A DNA stretch of 51,918 nucleotides from an uncultured bacterium. Lineage in GTDB: Bacteria > CSSED10-310 > CAZUFC01. Positions within the stretch are counted from its first letter, which is position 1. Each line of letters opens with the position of its first letter. A program made the position numbers and the translations under genes. Under the pieces are notes generated by a model, which ran no database searches, was not told where the DNA came from, and worked only from the letters and a program-made list of their open reading frames with translations. The stretch lies in NCBI GenBank assembly GCA_964619725.1, contig CAZUFC010000056.1:1-51918 (forward strand), read 5' to 3'. This document shows positions 32,752 through 42,881 of the stretch, in pieces.

Positions 32752-33849
32752 TCAAGCGGCGAATTGGTTCGTCCGGTCGCAACCTTCCCCTTCTCTTCTT
32801 TCAATCATGTCGGCTAATTGGTCTTCAAGCGAACTGAACACCCGGCAGACTTCAGGACAAAACTGAGTTCCCTGGTTATTGATTATTTCCTTATGCGCAG
32901 CCTCTATAGGCATGGGGTCCCTGTAGAATCTTTTGGAAGTCATGGCATCGAAACTGTCGGCGACAGCGGCAATACGGGCATACAGCGGTATGTTTTCTCC
33001 ATGTATCCCCGTAGGATAACCCCTGCCGTCATATCGCTCATGATGGTGAAGGATCATCTGCCTGATTCTCTTCTTCTTGATTATGGGTTTCAATATTTCA
33101 ACCGCTATGGATGGATGCTTTTCGACTTCTTTGCGCTCCGCCAAAGTCAATTTGCCTTTTTTTCGAAGAATAGACTCCCTGATGCCTATCTTCCCGATGT
33201 CATGCAACATGGCGCCCAGTCTGATTTCATTTATTTCGGACCTTCGCAGTCCCATCTGACGAGCAATAGCCATCGATATCTTGGCAACGCGGTCCGAATG
33301 GCCCCGAGTATAAGGGTCCTTCACTTCAAGCGCACTGGCCATTGACAGTATGCTGTCCATATACAGCCGTTTAATGGTTCGGCTCTGCTTTCTCACCTTT
33401 TTCTCAAGGTTATGCTTGTAATCCTCCAAAGCCTGATTCAGGTATTGTCTTTCGACAGCTCGCTCGACGGTGACGGCGAAATCGCGCAGATCGAACGGCT
33501 TAACCACATAATCATAAGCGCCTGTCCTCAACGATTTTAAAGCGATTTCCATCTGTTTCATTCCCGTAAGAATGATCACCAACGGCTTCTTCTGCAGGTT
33601 TTTCAGCTCTTCTAAAAAATCAAGCCCCGTCATGCCGGGCATATTAATGTCTGAGATGACCAGATGATACGGGTTGTTCTGCACCTTTTCCCAGGCTTCA
33701 TAACCGTCGTTTGCCGATTCTACCCAGTACCCCGCGGTCTCCAGAAAACTGCTTACAATGTCCCTGACGACCTCTTCATCGTCAACGACCAGAATCCTCG
33801 TATTCCTGACAGACAAATCGTCTCTGTCCAATATTGTCGTCGCTTCCAT
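32752..33849 (-). CDS. Response regulator with an HD-GYP c-di-GMP phosphodiesterase domain (RpfG-like)
   Basis: REC domain (VVDDE, SDINMP, KPF); HS-x-RV, HDIGK, HHERYDGRGYP. Confidence 0.95.
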   Translation of the reverse strand: MEATTILDRDDLSVRNTRILVVDDEEVVRDIVSSFLETAGYWVESANDGYEAWEKVQNNPYHLVISDINMPGMTGLDFLEELKNLQKKPLVIILTGMKQMEIALKSLRTGAYDYVVKPFDLRDFAVTVERAVERQYLNQALEDYKHNLEKKVRKQSRTIKRLYMDSILSMASALEVKDPYTRGHSDRVAKISMAIARQMGLRRSEINEIRLGAMLHDIGKIGIRESILRKKGKLTLAERKEVEKHPSIAVEILKPIIKKKRIRQMILHHHERYDGRGYPTGIHGENIPLYARIAAVADSFDAMTSKRFYRDPMPIEAAHKEIINNQGTQFCPEVCRVFSSLEDQLADMIERREGEGCDRTNQFAA

Positions 33850-34177
33850 GGGTGGGCTCCTTATTAGAGCATTGGACTCAACACGACAGACAATTTTGCA
33901 ATTATTATTCCGGAATGCGAAAACCTGTTTTCAACCAATAAAACGATAGCGCCGGACCGTTCAACAGGGAATGACCGTATTATATAATTAATTGATTTTA
34001 AATACTTTTTTTATTTTAATTCTTGACGGACAAACAAAAATTCCATCAAAAAGGTTCCCGAGTCATGCTCAGGAGCGGATCATTTCAGATGTTTAAACTG
34101 TGAACAGACGAGTTCTTATTTCAAACATACTTGTATTGTAACCTCAAAATGCAAATTTTTGATCGAAACGTGATATT

Positions 34178-36379
34178 CTATTCAAAACCCCAGTTTACAA
34201 AACTGATTTCGCCTAAAACAGCTCCTGTGTGAGCATCCAGCACTCCGGTCCAGAATCTTATGTCGTGAAGTTCTCCGGCGTTTTCGGGCCATTCGAAGAA
34301 GAGGATTTGTTTCTGGATAAAACTGCTCATGGTCGGGAAGGTGATATTCTCCCAGGATACGTCCTGGGTCCAGTCCGGGTGGAACCAGAATTCGCCGAAG
34401 ATATCGAGAATAACGAACAGCATTCCTGTTTTGGTCGCTTCGGCGTTGCACCACACGAATCTAAGATCGAAGTCATCTCCTGCCTGAAAAGTATCCTGGT
34501 TGAGATTCAGGCGATAACTGAATCCAGTGCAAACAGGCGTCATAGTTGGGGCAGCGGTAGGAATATCCGTAGGGACTTGAGTCGGAGGTTCAGTGGGTTC
34601 GACAGAGGGCGTAGGCGAGGGATCGGGTGTGGGCGTAAATTCAGAAACCTGGACGTCGAAGAATTGCAATATGGCCCGTAACAGTTGCCATTTTGTCGTT
34701 GCCGATCCGTCCGAGAGGCCGCCGAATTCGAAGCTCGAACCCAGCGTTTTATAAGTTCCGCCGTCATAGGCAATGCCGTTGTTGTATACGGGACTGACGT
34801 TTTTAAGGACTATGGCTGCATCATTCAGGGGTTGCAGTTGATCGATGTAATTGTTTTCGCCGGAATACTGAAAATTGAAACCCTCGGTAATCGTTCCTGG
34901 AACGCCTTCAATAGGTCCGGCATTTCCCTGTCCGTCATTTACGCCGTTTATGTTGAAATACGGATGCACAGCGGTCTGCGGATCGTAATTCCAGGTGTCT
35001 CCGCCTTCCATGTATAAACGTCCTCCCGCATCCAGATAGGATGCCAGCGCGTCGCCCTCGTCCGAACTCAACACATAATTGTCGCTGTAGACGCCCAGAC
35101 AGACGAAAATGCACTGATATGCCTCCAGGATATCCACCAATTCAGTCGAATAATCGTTCGATATCTCATTGTCATTCAAAAGATCGCGTATGACCGGACC
35201 GCTGCTTGCGTTTGAGTCGGGATCATAAACGAAAACAGAGATTCTGTCGATTATGTCGAAGGTATGATAGCCCGATTCAGGATCATAGGATTGATTACCC
35301 GCCGAAGATGCATCCGTCGCTGATATCCTGTATTCAATGACCGAACCTATCTCCACCGTGCCCTGCATCTCAGCCGCATACTGATCGTCGTCTCCCTCCG
35401 TCATCGTTATCGTCTGAAAACTGCCGCCGTCAATACGATATTCCAGAGCGACTTCGAAAAGACCGAGATTATCCGTAACGGTGGCCGTAATTTCTGCAGG
35501 CCAGGCAACCTGGGGTAAATCAGACATCGGATCGTGATCGATCACAGGCGGCGTTTCGTCAGGTCCTACATAGAAATTATAGACTTCCGCCGGAGCATTC
35601 TCCGGATCAGTCTTCATCCGCTGATCGACGTCTTCCGCCTGGATATAATAATACACCGTCGTATCCCATTCCTGCGCCGGTATCTCTCCGTAATACATGC
35701 TGTCTTCAACCTTGCCGCTATGCGGAATCATGATGACTTCTGTAAATGGTCCCGCTCCTGAATTGCTCCAGAATAATATCACCCCTTCATCCTGAAGATC
35801 GCTTATCGATGCGGCCCTTAGTTCCACCTCGAAAATGCCCGACGTGTCCTCAGAATCAGGCAACGGCGTAAAATATATCCGCGGATTGCGAGCGATCTGT
35901 TGATTGATTCTGTTCCTCATCTGAGCATCATTGTAACCCGAATCCGACCATAGCAGCAGTGAATCATAATCAATCACCGCATTAAAAGGAATATATCCGT
36001 TGCCGAATAACGGATACGTCAGGTAACTCATATCCGACAGTACCGGATGCGTAATTCCGTGATCGTTGATCCAGTTGCGGCAATCCTGCTGGTTCATCTG
36101 GTTGCCGATCGCCAGCACCATTACGTTTAGATTTCTATAGTCTTCATACAAAGCTGCAAGCTGCGGAGCCTCCGTAGCGCAGCCGCCTCACGTATCTCGC
36201 CACCAGTTCAATATAATCACGTGATTCGGATAATCCGACAGGCATATCGTATCTCCGTTTGAATCGGGAAGACAAAAGTCCTCAACGACGTCTCCCGGTC
36301 CGTAAACTGCATGCGCCGTTGATGCTGCAGCAATCAACCCCGAAAAAATCAAAACGCATACGGCTATATATTGTCGCAT
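34178..36379 (-). CDS. Exported selenoprotein: UxxC thioredoxin-fold (TlpA/AhpC-TSA) domain, two Ig-like domains, an alpha/beta domain, PT linker and C-terminal domain; 733 aa, Sec64
   Basis: An in-frame TGA (36190-36188) reads …LNWWRDT-U-GGCATEAPQLAALYEDY… and joins two ORF-track entries. AAGGAGG RBS only at the upstream ATG; signal peptide present. Confidence 0.88.
36160..36183 (-). promoter_or_regulatory. Putative bacterial SECIS hairpin
   Basis: GCUG-cgcua-CGGA-GGC-UCCG-CAGC begins 4 nt after the UGA; 17 nt separate the UGA from the apical loop, which starts with G. Confidence 0.65.
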
Positions 36380-36682
36380 TCCGCCCTCCTTGAAAAATTC
36401 TTGAATTTAATGTTAAAAAACCAACAACTATCCCGTTTGCTCCCCCTGCGTTACTGCCTTAATTCCCCCTTCCCCACAGCAGAAATTGTTTTTTTGTTAC
36501 GGTTCAACGCCGGATTCTCTTTACCCATTCATTTTCCCCATGATGCCGGCGTCCTGCTCCTTGCGTTGAAAGCGAAAAAAAACTGATCTGCCGCCGCTCT
36601 TTTTGATCGGATTCGCCATAATTCATTCTTTCATTCAGGTTTAGACGACTCGAGCATAATCTCTCCGTGAGATTACCAAACC

Positions 36683-37768
36683 TTATTTGACCTCCATAAC
36701 CCAGTCTTCGGCGAAAGGCAGTTCCAATTCGCCGTATTGAACAGCCTGTAATGTTTCGTATAATTTCAGGGTCGTTCTGCCGATATCTCCGTCGTTAATG
36801 ACGTACTCCCGACCCTTGTATCCGAGTATTCCCACCGGCGTCACCACTGCAGCCGTGCCCGTTCCGAAAAATTCCGTTATCGAGCCGTCCTGTATGCCTT
36901 CGATTAATTCCTCCATGGCAATGGGCCGCTCCTCTATCTTCATACCGAGATGTTTTTCGGCAACATCCAGTATCGATTTCCGGGTGATGCCCTCTAGGAT
37001 GGAACCGCTCAACCGGGGCGTAACCAGTACGTCATTTTTGACCATCATGACGTTCATGGCGCCGACTTCTTCGATATACTTTCGTTCGACAGCATCCAGC
37101 CAGAGCACCTGCGCGTATCCTTCCTTCTTGGCCTTATGGGCCGCCAGGAGCGATGCGGCATAATTTCCCGCCGCCTTGGCATCTCCCGTGCCTCCTCTTG
37201 CCGCCCTTATATACTTTTCCTCCACCTTCAAACGGATAGGCTTCAATCCCGAAGGAAAATACGGCCCGGAAGGACTCGTTATCACCGCATGAAGATAATC
37301 GTCGGAAGGCATGACGCCCAATTTAGGCGTAATTCCGATCATGAAAGGACGGATATACAGCGATGCCGGCGTGGGATTCGCCTTCGTAAACGGCGGTATC
37401 CACTGTCGTGAAAATTTTACCGCCTCGACCACTGAATTCAAAAATTCCTCCGTCGGCAAACCCGGCATGCACAACCTCTCCGCAGACCTGTAATACCGCT
37501 TCGCATTCTCAAGCGGCCGGAAAAGAAATATTCGCTCACGGTCCTTGTTGTAATACGCCTTCATTCCCTCAAATATCGCCTGTCCGTAATGAAGCGTCTG
37601 AGCCGCCGGATCAAGTCCAATCGGTTCATAATCCCGCACTTCATGCTCCTGCCAACGTCCCTCTTTATAATACCTCAAATATATATACGGCGTGTAATAC
37701 CTGCCGAAACCCAACTCCTCCAGGGAAGGAATCTCAGACTCATTCGTCAACACTCTTTCATTCGTCAT
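36683..37768 (-). CDS. ilvE: Branched-chain amino acid aminotransferase
   Basis: LHYGQAIFEGMKAY, LYIRP, AKAAGNYAAS, EEVGAMN, ILEGITR, GTAAVVTP. Confidence 0.96.
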   Translation of the reverse strand: MTNERVLTNESEIPSLEELGFGRYYTPYIYLRYYKEGRWQEHEVRDYEPIGLDPAAQTLHYGQAIFEGMKAYYNKDRERIFLFRPLENAKRYYRSAERLCMPGLPTEEFLNSVVEAVKFSRQWIPPFTKANPTPASLYIRPFMIGITPKLGVMPSDDYLHAVITSPSGPYFPSGLKPIRLKVEEKYIRAARGGTGDAKAAGNYAASLLAAHKAKKEGYAQVLWLDAVERKYIEEVGAMNVMMVKNDVLVTPRLSGSILEGITRKSILDVAEKHLGMKIEERPIAMEELIEGIQDGSITEFFGTGTAAVVTPVGILGYKGREYVINDGDIGRTTLKLYETLQAVQYGELELPFAEDWVMEVK

Positions 37769-38008
37769 TTTGCCGCCTCCTGATGCTGTTTTCCGTTTGC
37801 GTTTTCATTAAGTTCATCGCTCCTTTTTATTACCCTATATGTCGCCGGCGGTCAAGCGCTCCTCTTTTTCTCATTAACATGCCTGCACCGGTATTCCACC
37901 CTTTGCGCTCCAAATAAAAAGGCAGCGTTGCCCGATCAATTCCCCGGTTTTTTCCCGCTGAAACCAACGGCTTAAACATTATGATTTCCCCCTCTTCTTG
38001 AATTCCTG

Positions 38009-38037
38009 TTGACAAACGGTTCAAACATCTTTATAAA
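38009..38037 (+). promoter_or_regulatory. sigma70 promoter
   Basis: TTGACA-N17-TATAAA upstream of 38199. Confidence 0.6.
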
Positions 38038-38198
38038 TTCTGTTGTAGGGATTTGGTTTAAGGGAAGGTTTTTCGAACGTTGCACTTTCGTTTGTAATTT
38101 TTCCTCTTTTTCAACGCTTATGAAAATTGGAACTAAGGTGCGCAGAAAAACAGTCGAACCAGGGACAATTGATTTCAACACACTAGAAAGGAGACGAA

Positions 38199-39005
38199 AT
38201 GCAAATCCTGAAACATGTCAAATTTTTACTGATTTTGACCGTAATGCTGGGCACAGCAGCGCCGTGTCTGGGGGGTTCTTTCCTGAATCCCGATTTCTCC
38301 GCCGGTCAATTTAAACTCTTCGGTTATCTTGACCTCTGCACCGGAAGGGAATTCGAATATGACTGGGCACACGGCAATTACAGTTATGAACCGGAGTATC
38401 ATCGGGGGTTCTTTCGAGCTCAATACGGCATAAACGACCGGATAGCGATTTTCGGAGAACTCGGTATGGCGCAAATCACTGATGTCGGCACACCCTATGG
38501 TGATTACGATTCCGATTTCGACATCGGACCGGCTTTAGGCGGCGGCGTTCACGTCAATGTTTACGAAATCGAATCAATTGATTCGACCGTCAGGGCAGCC
38601 GGCCGGTTCATGTGGTTCACGAACTCGGGAGATTCATCCGGAAGAACTCAATTCAGTCACGACTCTTACGAAGAATGGAAAAGCGAATACGATCTGACCT
38701 GGCTGGAAATCCAGGGTGCAGGAATATTCGACTATGCCGGCGTGCCGGGACTTAATGCATACGGCGGTATACTCCTGAATGCATACGGCGAAATCGAAGT
38801 GGAGTGGGATGATACTTCTACCTACGCCTATAACGGATACAGAGAAACGACAAAAGATTCCGGCAGCGACTCAGCCGACGTCGACAGCATCATCGGCATT
38901 TTCGGCGGTGCAGCGTATGCTTTCAACGATGCCTGGGCTATATGCGGCGAATTGCACCTTCTGGACGAAACCTGTTTCACCATCAGCGGAATTTTTACCC
39001 TGTAA
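38199..39005 (+). CDS. Outer-membrane beta-barrel protein
   Basis: Signal peptide, alternating aromatic strands, ends …ISGIFTL; AAGGAG RBS. Confidence 0.7.
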   Translation: MQILKHVKFLLILTVMLGTAAPCLGGSFLNPDFSAGQFKLFGYLDLCTGREFEYDWAHGNYSYEPEYHRGFFRAQYGINDRIAIFGELGMAQITDVGTPYGDYDSDFDIGPALGGGVHVNVYEIESIDSTVRAAGRFMWFTNSGDSSGRTQFSHDSYEEWKSEYDLTWLEIQGAGIFDYAGVPGLNAYGGILLNAYGEIEVEWDDTSTYAYNGYRETTKDSGSDSADVDSIIGIFGGAAYAFNDAWAICGELHLLDETCFTISGIFTL

Positions 39006-39028
39006 AAACCTGTTTCTGATTTGATGCT

Positions 39029-39075
39029 CGTCCTGTTCCGACAAGCCGGACAATCCAGCTTCTCGGAACAGGACG
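39029..39075. terminator. Strong hairpin between convergent genes
   Basis: CGTCCTGTTCCGA…TCGGAACAGGACG. Confidence 0.7.
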
Positions 39076-39101
39076 TTTCAAAAGGTCCTCATGCACAGGC
39101 G

Positions 39102-40028
39102 CTAATGGAATTCGATATCTCCAGAAACCGCGCTCCCCGTTATGGCTATCTCTCCATCCCCTACCGTCAATTTTTCCTCGCCTGTCGCATCTCCCACTTT
39201 CAAATCGCCGCTGACCGATTTCAATTCAAAACGGAATTTTTCCAATTCATCCGCCAGGTCAATCGAAACGTCGCCTGAAGTCGTATCGAAAGATGATGCG
39301 CCCGTCGTTTTTATTCCTCTTCCACTCTGATCTCCCGACATCGTTTTCAAATGAAGAGCGCCCGTGATTCCGTTGAGCGTTATGTCCCCGGAAGATAATG
39401 TCGCAGAAACATTGCCGCCTATATCCTCAAGCTTTACGTCTCCTGAACGCGTAGAAATCGATACGGGACCTTTAGATTTCATCACGCTGATATCGCCTGA
39501 TGTTGAAGCAATCGTCTTATTGCCGGTGCAGGATTCAATCTTTATTTCTCCGGAAGCGGTATCGACTTTCATTTCGGAATCTACATCGTTCAAATGAATA
39601 TCTCCCGAAGCCGTCGAAAATCGCATCTTTCCCGGTTGAACATCTTTGCACGAAATGTCGCCGGAACTCATCTTCGCAGTAACTCTGCCGATATCGGGCA
39701 AGAAAATATGCAACTCACCCTCGTCGCTCGACGAACTCCACGAAAATTTCTTTTTCGACACATCAATCCATATCTTTAAATTCGATCCCTCCTGCTCTTT
39801 ACTGACTTTTAATTTCTCCTTCAAATCCTCCGGAATATTGACCATCATCTCCACTGAATCGCCTTCACTTCCAGAGAAAGAAACATCCAAAAAATTTCCG
39901 TCTATCTGAATATTATCGATCCCTGAAAAGATAAATTTTTCTCCCTCCTCACCAGACTCGCCGAAACCGATGCTCCTGCTTATTAAAACAAGACTCAGAA
40001 TAAAACCGTAATAAAGTGTCTTTTTCAT
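39102..40028 (-). CDS. DUF4097-type beta-strand repeat protein
   Basis: Signal peptide and repeated T-x-SGDI motifs. Confidence 0.88.
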   Translation of the reverse strand: MKKTLYYGFILSLVLISRSIGFGESGEEGEKFIFSGIDNIQIDGNFLDVSFSGSEGDSVEMMVNIPEDLKEKLKVSKEQEGSNLKIWIDVSKKKFSWSSSSDEGELHIFLPDIGRVTAKMSSGDISCKDVQPGKMRFSTASGDIHLNDVDSEMKVDTASGEIKIESCTGNKTIASTSGDISVMKSKGPVSISTRSGDVKLEDIGGNVSATLSSGDITLNGITGALHLKTMSGDQSGRGIKTTGASSFDTTSGDVSIDLADELEKFRFELKSVSGDLKVGDATGEEKLTVGDGEIAITGSAVSGDIEFH

Positions 40029-40230
40029 GACTTTAAAATCCTCCTTTGCGTCGGTAAAAAATCAAACGAATTAAAACCCCTGAAAAGGCAAAATTAATAA
40101 TAAACATAACGGTTCCGTCCGCCAGGCCATAATCCTTCGCCGGACGCGCATGTCTCCGCAAAACAGCTCTTTCGCCGCCCGTCTCTCTTTTTAAAGTCGA
40201 ATAAAAGCTGCAATCCGTAATATCGTTAAA

Positions 40231-40304
40231 TGGGCCATGAAGGAATCGAACCTTCAACCTCCGGATTAAGAGTCCGCTGCTCTGCCTAGTTGAGCTAATG
40301 GCCC
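40231..40304 (-). tRNA. tRNA-Lys(CTT), CCA not encoded
   Basis: GGGCCATTAGCTCAA…CGGA CTCTTAA TCCG…GGTTCGATTCC…TGGCCCA. Confidence 0.95.
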
Positions 40305-40318
40305 AGAGAAGCTGGGTC

Positions 40319-40347
40319 AGTTTAAGAGGTCATTTCCGGTTTGTCAA
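40319..40347 (-). promoter_or_regulatory. Promoter of tRNA-Lys
   Basis: TTGACA-N17-TAAACT on the minus strand. Confidence 0.7.
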
Positions 40348-40484
40348 GGGCGGTTTTTGGGGCTGACCGAAGAAATGCGCTGATTTTTTCCAAATATACT
40401 TTTCGACTGTGATTCCCGCAAGCAAGCGTCTGTCCTGCATTATCGTTTGTCCGTCGAACAGTTTTGCGGATGAGCGCCGTCAGT

Positions 40485-40524
40485 CGAACTCTCGCTCCCG
40501 TCATGCGACGGAAGCGAGAGTTCG
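40485..40524 (-). terminator. Hairpin downstream of the CHAP gene
   Basis: CGAACTCTCGCT-CCCGTC-atgc-GACGGA-AGCGAGAGTTCG. Confidence 0.65.
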
Positions 40525-40542
40525 CTTCAGATCGGGAGTTTC

Positions 40543-42363
40543 TTATTTTATATTGTTTTTTCTGCCGTATCTGCTGAACATGAGTGCGGCCAGAGCCAGC
40601 ATCACAACGAGTCCCCAGGTTGTGGTAGAGGGGACGAAGGGTATTTGTGGAGTAAAGGTGGGGGACATTGTATGAGTAGGCGAACCGGGTGTGCTTGTCG
40701 GAGTCTCGCTGGGGAGGTTGGTGGGTTGTAAAGTCGGTTCTTCAGTCGGAATATCGGTTGGAGTATGCGTGGGCGTTTGAGTCGGAGTTTCGGTTGGAGT
40801 ATGCGTGGGGGTTCGAGTCGTAATATCGGTCGGCGTCCTGGTGGGCGTATAAGTCGGAAAATCAGTGGGCGCGTAAGTGGGATAATCCGTCGGGGCACAA
40901 GTGGGATATTCGGTCGGCGTATAAGTGGCGGTGGAGGTAAAAGTGGGCGTAGCAGTGCTTGGCGGACTTGTTGTGTTGACCGTCAGGGTGTAAGGGTCCG
41001 AGGGTGATCCCGGACCTCCCATATGAGTGTAAACCCGCAGTCTGTAATAGCCGGCCGGTTCTCCGGGATTGATGTGGTAGTTGATGTTGCCTTCGGCGCT
41101 GACGTACATCCAGTTTCCGGCAGGACCGTATAGTTCGACGCCGTACTGTCTTCCGTAGGGCGGCTCCATCTGCGTCGTGATTGTCCCGTCGGGTTCGGCA
41201 TATACTTTCCAGCGATCTGCATCCGTGCTGTCGCATAAAAAATTTGTCGTCTGAGCGTAATGGCTTGGGTAGTCCAGCAGCAGGAACGCATTGTCATGAT
41301 CGTCAGGGGGATCGGGCGAGCATGTTCCGGATGTCGGTGTTGGAGTGGACGTGTTAACCGGAGGCGAAGTCGGCGTTCTGGTCGGAGTGGCTCCGCTGAC
41401 TAGATAAAATTTCACCGCATCAAAACCGACCATTGCCGATCCTGCTGTTTCTCCCGTGGCATCAGAGAGTCTCACGTAATTTCCCGTTCCTGAATTGAGA
41501 TAAAATGTTCCGAGAACGACCCAGGCATCATAATAATCGTTCTGATTGACGTAGACTGTTCCTATGAGAGTCCCGCCCCTGTAAATCTTGTAAGGCGCAT
41601 ACGAAGTGGCGTAATTGTTGGGAATGAAAACAGATATCTGATAATTGCCTGATGCGGCCAAGTTCGGCGTCCACTTGGCCCAGTTGGACTCAACGCTGCC
41701 GTTGCTGTAGGTCCATTGCATGTCGCCGGCCCATCCCAGATCGGTCCTGTACCACCAATACGCTGAATTGCCGTACTCGGACCACCCTGAATCCCTGTTG
41801 TCCACTATTACGTCTCCCGGTCCGGGCGTCGGCGTTTGCGTCGGAGTGGCTGTCGGAAAAACTGTACAGGTATCGCCTTCAAACCAGATGAAACCTCCCG
41901 TCCAATAACTTTTTGCACGGGAAACGCTGTAATTCGTTCCGCAGCCTCCGCAATTCTGTTCATCCGTATAAACCGTATCGCCTGAAAATCCGACGACATA
42001 TCCCACATGTCCGTCCTCGCCTTCTTCCCGCACGGCTACAGCGCCTATTTTAGGGTCCTGGCATACCGGCCATCCGTTGAGCAGCGCTTTGTCGTTCCAG
42101 GTTTTCGCATCAGTGCACCAGGGCAGATATTCGCCGTCCTGGCATCTTCGATTCCAGGTATACCAGACGCAGTTTCCGCCATTCGTGCACCCCGGTCCGT
42201 CGCAGCAATAACAGTAATTGCAGCCTCCGCAATCGCAGCTTTCATCAATTCCGCCGCATACAGGAGGCCCGTAACCGTCCGCTGATACCCCGGAAATCTT
42301 CAACATACTTACCAAAAAACATATCGCAATCAGTACAATCGTTGATTCTCTCAAATTCTTCAT
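40543..42363 (-). CDS. Secreted CHAP-domain protein with a golvesin/CBM-like domain, PPC-like domain, PT linker and C-terminal membrane anchor
   Basis: GNCVWY…DAKTW…GHVGYV…EQN; IVDN…DAVKF module; tail VPSTTTWG, hydrophobic stretch, basic end. Confidence 0.8.
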   Translation of the reverse strand: MKNLRESTIVLIAICFLVSMLKISGVSADGYGPPVCGGIDESCDCGGCNYCYCCDGPGCTNGGNCVWYTWNRRCQDGEYLPWCTDAKTWNDKALLNGWPVCQDPKIGAVAVREEGEDGHVGYVVGFSGDTVYTDEQNCGGCGTNYSVSRAKSYWTGGFIWFEGDTCTVFPTATPTQTPTPGPGDVIVDNRDSGWSEYGNSAYWWYRTDLGWAGDMQWTYSNGSVESNWAKWTPNLAASGNYQISVFIPNNYATSYAPYKIYRGGTLIGTVYVNQNDYYDAWVVLGTFYLNSGTGNYVRLSDATGETAGSAMVGFDAVKFYLVSGATPTRTPTSPPVNTSTPTPTSGTCSPDPPDDHDNAFLLLDYPSHYAQTTNFLCDSTDADRWKVYAEPDGTITTQMEPPYGRQYGVELYGPAGNWMYVSAEGNINYHINPGEPAGYYRLRVYTHMGGPGSPSDPYTLTVNTTSPPSTATPTFTSTATYTPTEYPTCAPTDYPTYAPTDFPTYTPTRTPTDITTRTPTHTPTETPTQTPTHTPTDIPTEEPTLQPTNLPSETPTSTPGSPTHTMSPTFTPQIPFVPSTTTWGLVVMLALAALMFSRYGRKNNIK

Positions 42364-42881
42364 TTGCCGACCTCAAACGTCTTTAACATATGATTGTAAA
42401 CACTCATCGAATCCTTCCCGTCCGTTATTCTGTATTCCAGCCTGAAAATCAACTCACCCGTCGTGAAATATGTCACCTGCTGATTGCACGCCTGATTCTG
42501 CGGGTTATAAATCGATATCGCCTCCCTTTTCGCAACCTCGAAATTCGGCGCCTCAGGAATCTCCGCTGCATCGGAAAAAACTCCCGTATGATAAGCCTCG
42601 AACCATTCGTAAAGCCCCATTCCCTTTTCGTTCGTCCAGATGTCCAGAACTATCATGGGGCCGCCCGGTCCCGTAAAACCCAACTTCTCCTTGATCACGT
42701 AATCGGGCTTCCCACGGTTCTCCAGTATGGTCTGAACATTCCAACTCTCCGGATACTCCATCGAAAAACCCCATTTGTCGCTCGTATACATTTGCATGTC
42801 GCTGCCTGAAGATGTGACAGAATTAATGAGTAAAAATGAAATCGTTAATAAAATAAAGACTGTTAAAGGTTTTCCACTCAT
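42360..42881 (-). CDS. Secreted PsbP/Mog1-like fold protein
   Basis: Signal peptide, Y-x4-GFSMEYPESW, C-terminal YNHMLKTF; ATGA overlap with the CHAP gene. Confidence 0.65.
   Translation of the reverse strand: MSGKPLTVFILLTISFLLINSVTSSGSDMQMYTSDKWGFSMEYPESWNVQTILENRGKPDYVIKEKLGFTGPGGPMIVLDIWTNEKGMGLYEWFEAYHTGVFSDAAEIPEAPNFEVAKREAISIYNPQNQACNQQVTYFTTGELIFRLEYRITDGKDSMSVYNHMLKTFEVGK

Noticed and set aside
33985-33997. IHF consensus match (AATCAATTAATTA, minus strand)
   Set aside because: Short degenerate motif in an AT-rich spacer with no supporting sigma54 promoter.
36188-36190. Genome-wide TGA recoding (Trp or Gly)
   Set aside because: TGA terminates conserved genes here (mreC, mrdA, rodA, msbA), so readthrough is site-specific.
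37769-38000. T-box or attenuator upstream of ilvE
   Set aside because: No T-box motif or Leu/Ile/Val-rich leader peptide was recognised.
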